Source: a bacterium
GTDB lineage: Bacteria; UBA8248
Assembly: GCA_965204535.1 (NCBI GenBank)
Contig: OZ241996.1
Span: forward strand, 1,312,001-1,376,000
Direction: 5' to 3'
DNA: 64,000 nt
Part shown: positions 48,006 through 58,000 of the stretch, one piece after another
How positions within the stretch are numbered: position 1 is the stretch's first letter
Layout of the letters: every line of letters begins with the position of its first letter
Notes under the pieces: generated by a model
What the model was told of the DNA's origin: nothing
Databases searched by the model: none
What the model saw: the letters and a program-made list of their open reading frames with translations, nothing else
Translations under genes and position numbers: made by a program

Positions 48006-48611
48006 ATGTTATCTAACGCCCGGAAAACATTTGTTCTTAGGAAACTTGCCATAGCCATCTGTATGATTTTCGCTTTGGCGGGGCCGGCGATTTCCGCAAC
48101 AGATAGCCAAGATGGAATTCGGATAAAAGATATTATTGTTATCAAGAAGAATGGGCAGTTGCTTGTTTTTGGTTCTCTTTTGGGTGCATTTTCGACGAAA
48201 TTGTTGGAAGCTATTCATAGCGGTGTGACTACGAAGTTTATTTTTGACGTAAGTCTCTTTCGCTCTCGCAAGCTGATTTATGATTTGGAAGTCACCTCGC
48301 GGCAATTACATCACCAAGTGAAATATAGCGCCTTGAAAAAAACATACACTTTTCATCTCAAAGAAGGGGAAAAAGAGATCGAGAGAAAAGTGACGAAAAG
48401 CCAAGGCGAAATGACGGACTGGATGCGCGAGCTGAATGGCGCGCCCATTGCCCCTGGCAAGGTCTTGCCCCCAAATAGTCGATACTATGTCAAAATCAGA
48501 GCGCGGATGAATCATGTGGATTTTGTTTTTCCCTTTAATTACTTGCTTGCTTTTTGGGGGAAGCAGTCTGATTGGAGCTATTCCCAGACATTTAGTTCTG
48601 AAGGAATGTGA
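48006..48611 (+). CDS. Secreted/periplasmic protein, probably DUF4390 family (NtrZ-like partner of NtrYX)
   Basis: Signal peptide, LLEAIHSGV..F.F.V.L motif, position directly upstream of ntrY; start ATG 48006 with GGGGAG SD. Confidence 0.7.
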   Translation: MLSNARKTFVLRKLAIAICMIFALAGPAISATDSQDGIRIKDIIVIKKNGQLLVFGSLLGAFSTKLLEAIHSGVTTKFIFDVSLFRSRKLIYDLEVTSRQLHHQVKYSALKKTYTFHLKEGEKEIERKVTKSQGEMTDWMRELNGAPIAPGKVLPPNSRYYVKIRARMNHVDFVFPFNYLLAFWGKQSDWSYSQTFSSEGM

Positions 48612-48614
48612 ACT

Positions 48615-50876
48615 GTGCATCCAACGCGACTGAATCAGGAGATCTCTTCGCGCCGACGAAGAACACTTCTGCGATCCTTCATCGCTTTGATCATCATTGC
48701 GACTCTTTCGTTTACGGCTTGGATTTACTTCAAAGAGCTTGAGCCGGAAGTCCCACTGTTAAACAATGTTGTCGTATTTGCGCTAGTGAATCTGAGCATC
48801 ATTTTGCTCATGGTGGTTATTCTCCTGGTAGCAAAGCACTTGGTGCGTCTTTACTACGAGGGGAGAACGGGTGCCGGTCGTTCACGCTTGCAATTAAAAC
48901 TCGTATTGGCGTTTGTCGGATTTACGCTCATCCCTGTAGTGGCTCTTTTCGTGGTGGCCAGCGGTTTGATTAACCAAAGTTTTAATGCTTTGTTCAACAT
49001 GAACGTGGAGAGAGCGCTCAAAGGCTCTTTCGAAGTGGCTCAAACGTATTATCGCGAGGTGGAGCGAAACACGCTGTTCAGCGCGAGTCGCCTTGCGCTG
49101 ACGTTGGAGAAGACACGACCTAATATAATAACGAACTCCAAGGCGGCTGAAAAAACATTGGAGGCCGAGAGAAAGAACTTGGGGGTGGATTTCATCCAAC
49201 TCTACGATAGGGAGCGGAAGGAGATCGTATCGGTCAGGCGCCCGGGGTTGGCGCAAGCCACAACGTTTTCGCCACTGGTGGGATACGTAGATCAAGTGAT
49301 TGATGGGGAGTCGCGCTCAAGTATAGAGAATTGGGAAAAAGGAGATGTCATCTATGGCGTGGCGCCTTTGAAGAGTCAAAAAAAAGTGGTGGGGTTTATC
49401 GTCGTATCCAAATACGTGCCTGATCGACTTGTGGCGAAGATCAGAGGCATATCGGACTCCTTTGTGAACTATAAAGAGTTGGAACTGTCCAAGAATCCAA
49501 TCAAAGCAAACTACATCATTACTTTCTTGGTGGTTACTTTGCTCATTCTCTTTGCGGCCATCTGGTTCGGCTTCTACCTCGCTCGAGGGATTACGGTTCC
49601 CATCGAGAAATTGGCGGAAGCTACAAGGGCGGTGTCGGATGGCAACCTCGAACATCGCGTGGATGCGCAGGCAGATGGCGAAGTGGGGATTTTGGTCAAC
49701 GCATTTAACAGCATGACGGAAGAATTGTTGGCCAACAAGGAAAAAATCGAAGAATCTTCTGAAATCTTGAGCCGTTCCAACCTGGAAATCGACAGAAGAC
49801 GCAGGTATATGGAAGCGATGCTTGAAAATATCGGAGCGGGTGTAATATCAATCAATCGCCGAGGGCGCGTTACTATCCTCAACAAAGCAGCCGGGGAGTT
49901 GCTGAGGATTGAACCGCAGAATGCCGTAGGGCAAATGTTCAGCGAGGTTTTCGAAAGCACACATCTTGAGCCTGTTCGTCAGTTGATGCGCTCTATGCGA
50001 GCCCGAGAACACCAAAGCGCTTCGGAGCAAGTGGAGGTCATGATTGATGGCCGTGTGCTGACACTACGCGCGAGCTTGACTCTGCTGAAGAGCGCAGATG
50101 GCGGCAGACTTGGTGCCGTCATTGTGTTTGATGACATGACGGCTTTGATACGGGCTCAAAAAGTGGCCGCATGGCAGGAAGTGGCCCGTGGCATCGCGCA
50201 CGAGATCAAAAATCCACTTACGCCGATTCAACTTTCTGCTCAGAGAATGAGACGAAAATTTGATAATGAGGCCTATGATTTTACCGAAGTATTTGAATCT
50301 TGCACGGATACTATTATCAATCAGGTAACAAGCCTGATTGATATGGTGGATGAATTCAGCCGATTCGCTCGCATGCCGGAGCCGAGATTGAGGCTCTGCG
50401 GGTTTGTCCCCCTCATTGAGGATGTTGCAAATTTATATCGTGGCAGGAAGGGGGATGTGAAATTTTCGATTCATATCGATGTTGGGAATACTGCTGTCAT
50501 GGCGGATCCCGAGCAGTTGCAGCGCGTGTTTATCAATTTGTTGGAAAATGCCTTTGAATCCCACGATGTCGAGGGCGAGATTGATTTGCAAGCGTGGAGT
50601 GATAAAGACAGAAATATGATAGTTGTTGAAGTGGCCGACCAGGGGCAAGGTATATCGGAAGATGTGAAAGGCCATATATTCTCGCCTTACTTTTCGACAA
50701 AGGATAGAGGCACCGGGTTGGGTTTGGCTATATGTCAGCGCATTGTGGCGGATCACAATGGAACAATAGGCGTGCGAGATAACCATCCGTCTGGTTCCAT
50801 TTTTCGCGTAACATTGCCACTGGCGCCTGCTGTGGACATCACGCCCGAAAAGCAAAGGACGGCTTCCATTGGATAA
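48615..50876 (+). CDS. ntrY: NtrY-type sensor histidine kinase (TM, HAMP, PAS, HisKA, HATPase)
   Basis: AWQEVARGIAHEIKNPLTPIQLSAQR (NtrY H-box), NLLENA, DQGQG, PYFSTKDRGTGLGL. Confidence 0.92.
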   Translation: MHPTRLNQEISSRRRRTLLRSFIALIIIATLSFTAWIYFKELEPEVPLLNNVVVFALVNLSIILLMVVILLVAKHLVRLYYEGRTGAGRSRLQLKLVLAFVGFTLIPVVALFVVASGLINQSFNALFNMNVERALKGSFEVAQTYYREVERNTLFSASRLALTLEKTRPNIITNSKAAEKTLEAERKNLGVDFIQLYDRERKEIVSVRRPGLAQATTFSPLVGYVDQVIDGESRSSIENWEKGDVIYGVAPLKSQKKVVGFIVVSKYVPDRLVAKIRGISDSFVNYKELELSKNPIKANYIITFLVVTLLILFAAIWFGFYLARGITVPIEKLAEATRAVSDGNLEHRVDAQADGEVGILVNAFNSMTEELLANKEKIEESSEILSRSNLEIDRRRRYMEAMLENIGAGVISINRRGRVTILNKAAGELLRIEPQNAVGQMFSEVFESTHLEPVRQLMRSMRAREHQSASEQVEVMIDGRVLTLRASLTLLKSADGGRLGAVIVFDDMTALIRAQKVAAWQEVARGIAHEIKNPLTPIQLSAQRMRRKFDNEAYDFTEVFESCTDTIINQVTSLIDMVDEFSRFARMPEPRLRLCGFVPLIEDVANLYRGRKGDVKFSIHIDVGNTAVMADPEQLQRVFINLLENAFESHDVEGEIDLQAWSDKDRNMIVVEVADQGQGISEDVKGHIFSPYFSTKDRGTGLGLAICQRIVADHNGTIGVRDNHPSGSIFRVTLPLAPAVDITPEKQRTASIG

Positions 50877-53001
50877 GGGACATGTGCTTATCGTCGATGA
50901 TGAGCGTGAAATACTCGTGAGCCTGGAAGATGTCTTGCTGGATGAAGGGTATCGCGTAGAACGGGCCGAGTCCGGAGAAACTGCTCTTCAGTTGGTCCGG
51001 ACCGAAGCTCCCGATGTGGTTCTGGTTGATGTGTGGATGCCCGGCATTGATGGAATCAAAACTTTACAAGCAGTGAAAGAGTCCAACGCAGATATCGAAG
51101 TCGTCCTGATGTCGGGCCACGGCAATATTGAGACCGCAGTGGCCGCAACAAAGTCAGGAGCTTTTAATTTCATTGAAAAACCTCTATCCATTGATACGGT
51201 TTTGCGCATAGTCGATTCCGCCGTTCAAGCGCGAAGGGCCAAGGATATTAAGGCGAATAATGTTGGCGACGTGATACTTGACGGTGCCAGCAAGCATGTT
51301 CAGAGGGTTCGAAGAGCAATCAGGAGAGCGGCGAAAGATATTGGGCCCTTGCTGATCGCAGGTGAAAGGGGAACCGGCAAGCGTTTTATCGCAAGGGCGA
51401 TCCACGAGAACGGCGCCGGAAAAGAAGAAGGCTTTCGGCCTGTTCATTGCCGTTCGCTGTTTCCAATGGCGGAGATATGCGAATGGGAAGATGCCCTGGA
51501 GCGGCTGGTGCCCGATACCTTTCAAGGGACTATATATCTGGATGGTCTGGAACAGTTGCCCATAGCGGAGCGTGGAAAATTTCTTGTTCAATTTCTTGAG
51601 CGCATAGAGGATTCAAAGCGTTTAATCGTATCCGTTGATTACATAGGAACTCCAAAGGATAAGGCTTACGTGGAAGCCTTATCTGATAAAATTGGCGCGG
51701 ATGTAATACACTTGCCCCCTTTGCGCGAACGCAAAGGGGATATTTTGCCGTTAGCAAACAGATTCTTGAGTGAATGCGTTGAAGTTGGCGGGCATGAAAA
51801 GGAATTTCCTGAGGATGTCATTGCGGTTCTGGAGGACTATGACTGGCCGGGCAATATTGCTGAATTAAAAGGTGCAGTGACCAAAGCGGCATCCACATCG
51901 CAAGGATCGGAGATTCACATCGACCACTTGCCGGACACGATACGCGAGGCTTCTGATTTCGAGGTGAGCACATCAAAAAACGATACCCCGTCCAATTTTA
52001 ATGTGGCCAGAACGCAGTGGGAGAGACAGTACCTTGCCTTCCATTTGGAGGAGCACGGTTGGGACATCAATAAGACCGCCAAGGCGGTGGGCATGACGAA
52101 ACCTGCTTTAATGCGAAAAATTAAAACATACAATATAGAACCCATATTGCCGGCGTCGACGACGCTAAGGGAATCAAATCAGAGGAGCATTTCGAAAAGT
52201 GTCGTATTGTATGGCCGGGGGCTTCACTCAGGGCTGAAAACCGGATTGATCATCGAGCCTCTGCCACCGGGGAGCGGGATACAATTCGGCAACCTGACAA
52301 GCCCCGATACTGTGAGGGCGAGTGTCGATTTCGTGGATGGCACCAACCATGCGACAAACTTGCGCAATGGGACTGTGACTGCTCGAACAATTGAGCATCT
52401 CATGAGCGCGCTGCACGCATATAAGATAAGCAATATACTCATCAAAATGAGTGAGGAAGTGCCCGTCATGGATGGGTCGGCAGTGGAGTTTTGTCTCTTG
52501 CTTGAAGAAGCAGGCATTGAAGATCAGGAAGAAAAACGCGAGGACTTGTGGATTGATAAGGTATATGAGGTAGGTGAACCGAATGACGGAAAGGGCTACG
52601 TTCGTATCGAGCCGGCGGATTCTTTTTCGGTTTCATACCTTATTGATTATCCTAAACCGATTGGGAAGCAAACCTACGTGTATGAGCACAAGAATGCATT
52701 GGGTTTTCAGGAAGAAATCGCACCGGCCCGTACTTTTGGTTTTGTCAATGAGTTGGAGTCGCTCGAAAAAATGGGCTTGGCCGAGGGAGGTCGTTGGGAT
52801 AACGTGATTCTCGTGGACAAAGCACGCGTTGTGAATACCCGATTGCGATTTCCCAATGAGTTCGTTCGCCATAAAATTCTTGACGTGATCGGAGATCTGT
52901 ATTTAACCGGTCGTCCCGTCCGAGGAAAAGTAACCGCTGAGAGAAGTGGACACCGACATAATGTAGCTTTGGTCAAGAAATTGATGGAAGTCCATGGCTG
53001 A
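50869..53001 (+). CDS. lpxC: Fusion: NtrX-like response regulator (REC-AAA-HTH) + UDP-3-O-acyl-N-acetylglucosamine deacetylase LpxC
   Basis: N-term VDD...VDVWMP...SGHGNIETAV...FIEKP; GERGTGK; LPPLRER; WPGNIAEL; Fis HTH. From ~52177: QRSI...GRGLHSG, TIEHLMSAL, EVPVMDGSA, IAPARTFGF, EFVRHKILDVIGDL, SGH. Confidence 0.92.
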   Translation: MDKGHVLIVDDEREILVSLEDVLLDEGYRVERAESGETALQLVRTEAPDVVLVDVWMPGIDGIKTLQAVKESNADIEVVLMSGHGNIETAVAATKSGAFNFIEKPLSIDTVLRIVDSAVQARRAKDIKANNVGDVILDGASKHVQRVRRAIRRAAKDIGPLLIAGERGTGKRFIARAIHENGAGKEEGFRPVHCRSLFPMAEICEWEDALERLVPDTFQGTIYLDGLEQLPIAERGKFLVQFLERIEDSKRLIVSVDYIGTPKDKAYVEALSDKIGADVIHLPPLRERKGDILPLANRFLSECVEVGGHEKEFPEDVIAVLEDYDWPGNIAELKGAVTKAASTSQGSEIHIDHLPDTIREASDFEVSTSKNDTPSNFNVARTQWERQYLAFHLEEHGWDINKTAKAVGMTKPALMRKIKTYNIEPILPASTTLRESNQRSISKSVVLYGRGLHSGLKTGLIIEPLPPGSGIQFGNLTSPDTVRASVDFVDGTNHATNLRNGTVTARTIEHLMSALHAYKISNILIKMSEEVPVMDGSAVEFCLLLEEAGIEDQEEKREDLWIDKVYEVGEPNDGKGYVRIEPADSFSVSYLIDYPKPIGKQTYVYEHKNALGFQEEIAPARTFGFVNELESLEKMGLAEGGRWDNVILVDKARVVNTRLRFPNEFVRHKILDVIGDLYLTGRPVRGKVTAERSGHRHNVALVKKLMEVHG

Positions 53002-53052
53002 TTTTGGGTACATCCCGAACGATTCCGCCTGCTAAATCATGGAACATCACTT

Positions 53053-54108
53053 TTGAATGAGGATTGTCTGACATACCGCGACGCGGGCGTCGATATCGAG
53101 TTGGGCGAGGGTTTCGTTCAGGCTATCGCCCAAATTGTAAAATCCACCCATTCTAGCCAAAGTGGCCGTATTCTGAAGGGGACGACGGATTTTGCAGGTT
53201 TGTTCCGTCTGGGCGGGGAATATGAAGATCCTGTACTTGTTTCAGGGACCGACGGTGTCGGCACGAAATTGCTCTTGGCCCAAGAGTTCGAGCGTCATGA
53301 TTCCATAGGGGTCGACTTGGTGGCCATGTGCGTCAACGATATCCTAGCCATGGGCGCAGAACCGCTTTTTTTTCTTGACTACATTGCGACGGGCAAGATT
53401 GATCAGAGCGTATTGAAGACAGTCGTATCCGGGATTGCGCGAGGATGCCGGGAAGCAGGATGCGCCCTCCTCGGGGGTGAGACCGCCGAGATGCCTGATA
53501 TGTATAAGTCGGGCGTGTATGATCTCGCCGGATTCGCCGTGGGAGTGGTTGAGCGTGGAAACCTCGACAATAGAACGCCTGTAAAAGCAGGTGATGTTAT
53601 TGTAGCTCTTCCTTCTTCAGGAATTCATAGCAACGGATATTCTTTGGTGCGAAAAATATTTGATTCAAAAGAAACACGGGATGCGGCGGCGCAAAAGCTA
53701 GGTGCTCTCATTGAAGATGTTTTATTGGAGCCGACCCGGATTTACGCCAAAGGGGTCCATTCCGTTCGAAGAGAAGAGGGAATTAGCGGCATCGCGCACA
53801 TCACTGGAGGTGGAATTCCGGGAAACGTAAACCGTGTCATGCCAGATGAATTGCAGGCTAAATTTTATCCTGAAAAATGGGTGGCGCCCGAGATATTCTC
53901 ATTGATCCAAGAATTCGGCCCGGTTGAGAGCGCGGAGATGTATCATACTTTCAACATGGGCTTGGGTTTTGTCTTTCTCGTGAGATCGGAGCGAGCCGAG
54001 TCTTTGCTTGGATGTTTGAAAAATGCGGGAGAACAAGCCATGGTTGTTGGCGAAGTCGCCAATAAACCGAAGGGCGGCCAATCCGTCGTCATTGAGGGCG
54101 TATTTTAG
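53053..54108 (+). CDS. purM: Phosphoribosylformylglycinamidine cyclo-ligase
   Basis: TYRDAGVDI, GTDGVGTK, DLVAMCVND, GGETAEMP, SSGIHSNGYS, TFNMG. Confidence 0.97.
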   Translation: MNEDCLTYRDAGVDIELGEGFVQAIAQIVKSTHSSQSGRILKGTTDFAGLFRLGGEYEDPVLVSGTDGVGTKLLLAQEFERHDSIGVDLVAMCVNDILAMGAEPLFFLDYIATGKIDQSVLKTVVSGIARGCREAGCALLGGETAEMPDMYKSGVYDLAGFAVGVVERGNLDNRTPVKAGDVIVALPSSGIHSNGYSLVRKIFDSKETRDAAAQKLGALIEDVLLEPTRIYAKGVHSVRREEGISGIAHITGGGIPGNVNRVMPDELQAKFYPEKWVAPEIFSLIQEFGPVESAEMYHTFNMGLGFVFLVRSERAESLLGCLKNAGEQAMVVGEVANKPKGGQSVVIEGVF

Positions 54109-54761
54109 TGCATTCAGGAACACGATTACGTGTGGGTGTTTTGGCTTCGGGTCGTGGGTCCAACTTGCAAGCTCTTATTGATGCCGCGCGGAACGCGAAT
54201 TTCCCGGCGGAAGTTGTATTGGTGCTGAGCGACAAAAAAAATGCGTATGCGCTCAAGCGCGCCTCGATGGCCGGCATACGGGCTAGGCATCTGGCGCCGA
54301 AGGAGGAGGGTTTTTATCGGAAGATGGGCGATGAGATTGAAAATTACGGAATCGATCTCGTCTGTTGCGCTGGTTTCATGCGCATTTTACCGCCGGAGTT
54401 TGTCAACCGTTTCTCAGGAAGAATCATCAACATTCATCCCTCGCTTCTGCCGAGTTTCCCTGGTCTGCATGCACAAAGAAAAGCCTTGGATACCGGTGTG
54501 AGAGTGACCGGCTGCACGGTCCACTTTGTGGACGAGGGGGTGGATACGGGACCGATTATTTTGCAAGCTGCCGTACCGGTTCTGCCCCGTGACGATGAAG
54601 AAACCCTTTCGGAGAGGATTCTCGCTTATGAGCACCGCATCTACCCACTGGCGGTGCGACTCATCGCCGAGGGGAGCGTTCGTTGGGTTGATGGTGTTGC
54701 GGAATACATGGGCGACGCTTTTCTGGATGGCGGAGGTTTCATCTCACCTGTTTCGGAGTAG
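54108..54761 (+). CDS. purN: Phosphoribosylglycinamide formyltransferase
   Basis: LASGRGSNLQA, AGFMRIL, NIHPSLLP, GCTVHFV, DTGPII. Confidence 0.97.
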   Translation: MHSGTRLRVGVLASGRGSNLQALIDAARNANFPAEVVLVLSDKKNAYALKRASMAGIRARHLAPKEEGFYRKMGDEIENYGIDLVCCAGFMRILPPEFVNRFSGRIINIHPSLLPSFPGLHAQRKALDTGVRVTGCTVHFVDEGVDTGPIILQAAVPVLPRDDEETLSERILAYEHRIYPLAVRLIAEGSVRWVDGVAEYMGDAFLDGGGFISPVSE

Positions 54762-54786
54762 TCATTCATAAAGGATTACAAGAGTT

Positions 54787-55515
54787 TTGCGCAAATTGAG
54801 TTTTTTCATACTGGTATTCGGTTTTTCGTTTTTCGCATTTTTGCAAGAGTACGCTCTCGCCGCGTCTATGGCGGAAGAATCGCGTCCAAAGGCGGAGAAA
54901 ATAATCACCGAACTTCAGAAAAAATATGACACACTTGAATCTCTGCAAGCCTCATTCGAGCAGAAAAATGAATTGAAGTCCCTCGGGCGAACGACGACGT
55001 CGAGCGGAACCCTGTTGTGGAAGAAGCCCGGCAGACTCCGCATGGAGTACGTTACGCCTGAAAAGCAACTCCTGGTTTCCGATGGCCACACGTTTTGGCT
55101 CTACACCGCTCGCTTCAAGCAGGTGATGGTTTCCAAAACCGGGGGCTTTGGGTTTGGCGCCACTCCTTTGTTATTTTTGTCAGGAAAGGGGAATTTGAAA
55201 AAGAATTTTCATGTAACTGTGGAAGAGGTTGGAATTGCCGAACGAAGCGGGGGGATTTGGAGGGCCGGTCAGCCCCATCGCATTCGCATGGAGCCGAAGG
55301 CTGCGAGCGCTTCGTTTCGCCGAATGTGGATCGAAGTGGAGCCTGAAAATTTCAGGATCCTCACTCTGGTTTATATTGATAACATCGGCAACAAGAGCCA
55401 TCTGCGGTTTTCAAATATCAAAGAAAACGTCAGAATCACAAGAGAGGAATTTCGATTTATCGTGCCGCCGAACGTCGAAGTTCTGCAAATGCCGTCTCAC
55501 AGTGGCCAGCGATAA
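54787..55515 (+). CDS. lolA: Outer membrane lipoprotein carrier LolA family
   Basis: Signal peptide, ASFEQ, SGTL..KKPGRLRMEY..PEKQLLVSDG..FWLY. Confidence 0.9.
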   Translation: MRKLSFFILVFGFSFFAFLQEYALAASMAEESRPKAEKIITELQKKYDTLESLQASFEQKNELKSLGRTTTSSGTLLWKKPGRLRMEYVTPEKQLLVSDGHTFWLYTARFKQVMVSKTGGFGFGATPLLFLSGKGNLKKNFHVTVEEVGIAERSGGIWRAGQPHRIRMEPKAASASFRRMWIEVEPENFRILTLVYIDNIGNKSHLRFSNIKENVRITREEFRFIVPPNVEVLQMPSHSGQR

Positions 55516-55530
55516 AGGATTCTTTTGAAA

Positions 55531-56730
55531 ATGGCGATGCAAGTCATAAACTGGGTGATGGGTTTTGGGCAGACGATTTTCTGGGCTGTGCTGGTTCTCG
55601 GATTGCTCATCTTTATCCATGAACTGGGCCACCATCTCGTCGCGAAATGGCTCAAAATCGGCGTTTCCACGTTTTCCTTGGGTTTCGGGTGCCGCATCTG
55701 GGGTTTTCAGCGGGGAGAGACTGAATATCGCGTGTCCCTGATCCCTTTGGGCGGTTATGTGAAGCTCGTGGGGGAAGACCCCGAAGCACAACCTGATAAT
55801 CCCGATATTCCCAAAGAACCGGATGAGCCGGAGAAATCATTCTACTTGCGGCCTGTGAGTCACCGATTGGCTGTGATTTCGGCGGGGCCTTTGTTTAATG
55901 TCGCCTTGGCGATACTCCTCAGTTGGGGGTTGCACCTTGGAGGTATTCCCGTCCCTGGAACGTGGGTCGGCGGTGTTTTGCCCGATACGCCTGCACAAAA
56001 GGCGACCCTTCAAGCAGGCGATCACATCGTTGCCATCGATGGGAAGAGGATTCAGAAATGGTCCGAGCTTGTCGAAATTATACGAAGAAACGCCGATAAT
56101 AAACTCGTTTTGACGGTGGAACGCGGCCGCAAATCCTTTGAAACGTCGATCATTCCGACATCGAAGAGTGCGACGGGCAAGGAGTTGGGTTATGGCCGAA
56201 TCGGTATCAGTATCGGTCAAGGCACTTACACCGAGCGTTTTGGCTTTTTTGAGTCCCTGGGGAAGGGATTCGAACAGAATTACCGCATCGCCAGCTTAAC
56301 GGTCATTACGCTGTATTCGATGCTCACGAAGACCATTCCGGCGGACATTGGCGGCCCGATTCGTATTTCTGTGGTGGCCGCGGAGCAGGCGCAACGCGGG
56401 TTCCGCTATCTCATCATGTTTACGATTTTACTCAGCATTAACCTGGCGATTTTGAACTTGTTGCCAATCCCGGTTCTCGATGGCGGGCATATTTTTTTCT
56501 TGCTTATCGAAGCCTTGCGTGGCAAACCTATCAGCCTCAGGGTCCGAGAGGTGGCCATGCAGGTCGGCACCGTTCTTCTCATCGGTTTGATGATCTTTGC
56601 TACCTACAAGGACAGCGTGTATTATCTTTTTGGGAGGGACTCGGCAACGATAACGAAAAAAGAAGAGCAAAAGGGAAAAAGTAGGGATACAATGAAATTA
56701 TCTCCTGAAAGCCAGAAAGGCGGCAAATAG
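55531..56730 (+). CDS. rseP: RIP metalloprotease RseP
   Basis: IHELGH, PLGGYVK, AGPLFN, PDZ domain, NLLPIPVLDGGH. Confidence 0.95.
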   Translation: MAMQVINWVMGFGQTIFWAVLVLGLLIFIHELGHHLVAKWLKIGVSTFSLGFGCRIWGFQRGETEYRVSLIPLGGYVKLVGEDPEAQPDNPDIPKEPDEPEKSFYLRPVSHRLAVISAGPLFNVALAILLSWGLHLGGIPVPGTWVGGVLPDTPAQKATLQAGDHIVAIDGKRIQKWSELVEIIRRNADNKLVLTVERGRKSFETSIIPTSKSATGKELGYGRIGISIGQGTYTERFGFFESLGKGFEQNYRIASLTVITLYSMLTKTIPADIGGPIRISVVAAEQAQRGFRYLIMFTILLSINLAILNLLPIPVLDGGHIFFLLIEALRGKPISLRVREVAMQVGTVLLIGLMIFATYKDSVYYLFGRDSATITKKEEQKGKSRDTMKLSPESQKGGK

Positions 56731-56741
56731 GGATTTTGACC

Positions 56742-57986
56742 ATGTTTCAGCCATTTACGGACGACGTGTTTTACACGAAACCCATACCGGGAATCGGCCT
56801 GCCCCCCAAAGAGCAGGCCGGCACCACTCTGCCGATGGTTGAAGCGGATTCAACCGGCGAAGCGTTGCCTTGTGCGGATCCGTCGTTGTTCCCCCTGAAT
56901 CGACGAAAAAGCTCCCAGGTCGAAGTGCGGGGCGTCAAAATCGGTGGCGGCGCCCCCATCGTGGTGCAATCGATGTGCAACACCTACACGCACGATGTGG
57001 AGGCAACCATAGCTCAAATCGAACGCCTGGAAGCCGCCGGGTGTGAAATTGTGCGTTTGGCCGTTCCTGACGAGAAATCGGCCAATGCGCTCTCTAAAAT
57101 CAGAAAACGCACCGAGATGCCCTTGGTGGCGGATATCCATTTCGATTATCGCTACGCCTTGATGGCGGCGGATGCGGGGATAGATTGCTTGCGCATCAAT
57201 CCCGGTAACATCAATGGAGAGGAACGGGTGAGTGAGGTGGTCGCCGCGGCGAAAGACCACGGCCTGCCCATTCGCGTGGGTGTGAACGCCGGTTCTTTGG
57301 AAAAGCATCTGCTCGATCGTTTTGGCGGCGCAACCCCCGAAGCTATGGTGGAAAGTGGTTTGCGTCATGTCGCCATGCTGGAGAAGCGAAACTTTTATGA
57401 CACGAAAATCTCCCTGAAAGCTTCCGATGTCGCGAGGGCGGTGAAAGCCTATCGGTTGATGGCGAAACGCGTCGAGTATCCTCTCCATCTCGGCATCACG
57501 GAGAGTGGAAGCCTCCAGACGGGGAGCATAAAAAGCGCTGTCGGCCTGGGCATTCTGCTCTCAGAAGGCATTGGCGACACCATTCGCGTTTCCTTGGCCG
57601 CGGACCCGGTGGAGGAAGTGCGCGTGGGCTACGAAATTCTGAAAAGCCTCAAGTTGCGCCAAAAGGGCGTGAATGTTGTCGCATGTCCATCATGCGGGCG
57701 TGTCCAGATTGACGTGGATAAGCTGACCATGGAGATAGAACAAGAGCTGGCCCACATCAATGCTCCCATCACGGTGGCTGTCATGGGTTGTGAGGTGAAC
57801 GGTCCCGGAGAGGCGAAAGACGCAGACATCGGCGTGGCCGGCGGCCACAAACGAGCTCTGATTTTCATGAAAGGTGAAAAATCGGGCTTGGTGTCCTATG
57901 AGGATATCAAGAAAAATCTGGTTGAGCGTGTAGAGCAACTTGCAGAGCAATATGAACGAGGTCAATTCGAGATAGCTCATTCCTGA
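56742..57986 (+). CDS. ispG: 4-hydroxy-3-methylbut-2-en-1-yl diphosphate synthase (flavodoxin)
   Basis: VQSM, ADIHF, RINPGN, GVNAGSL, HLGITE, CPSCGR, VMGCEVNGPGE. Confidence 0.96.
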   Translation: MFQPFTDDVFYTKPIPGIGLPPKEQAGTTLPMVEADSTGEALPCADPSLFPLNRRKSSQVEVRGVKIGGGAPIVVQSMCNTYTHDVEATIAQIERLEAAGCEIVRLAVPDEKSANALSKIRKRTEMPLVADIHFDYRYALMAADAGIDCLRINPGNINGEERVSEVVAAAKDHGLPIRVGVNAGSLEKHLLDRFGGATPEAMVESGLRHVAMLEKRNFYDTKISLKASDVARAVKAYRLMAKRVEYPLHLGITESGSLQTGSIKSAVGLGILLSEGIGDTIRVSLAADPVEEVRVGYEILKSLKLRQKGVNVVACPSCGRVQIDVDKLTMEIEQELAHINAPITVAVMGCEVNGPGEAKDADIGVAGGHKRALIFMKGEKSGLVSYEDIKKNLVERVEQLAEQYERGQFEIAHS

Positions 57987-58000
57987 GAAAAATCTGATTC

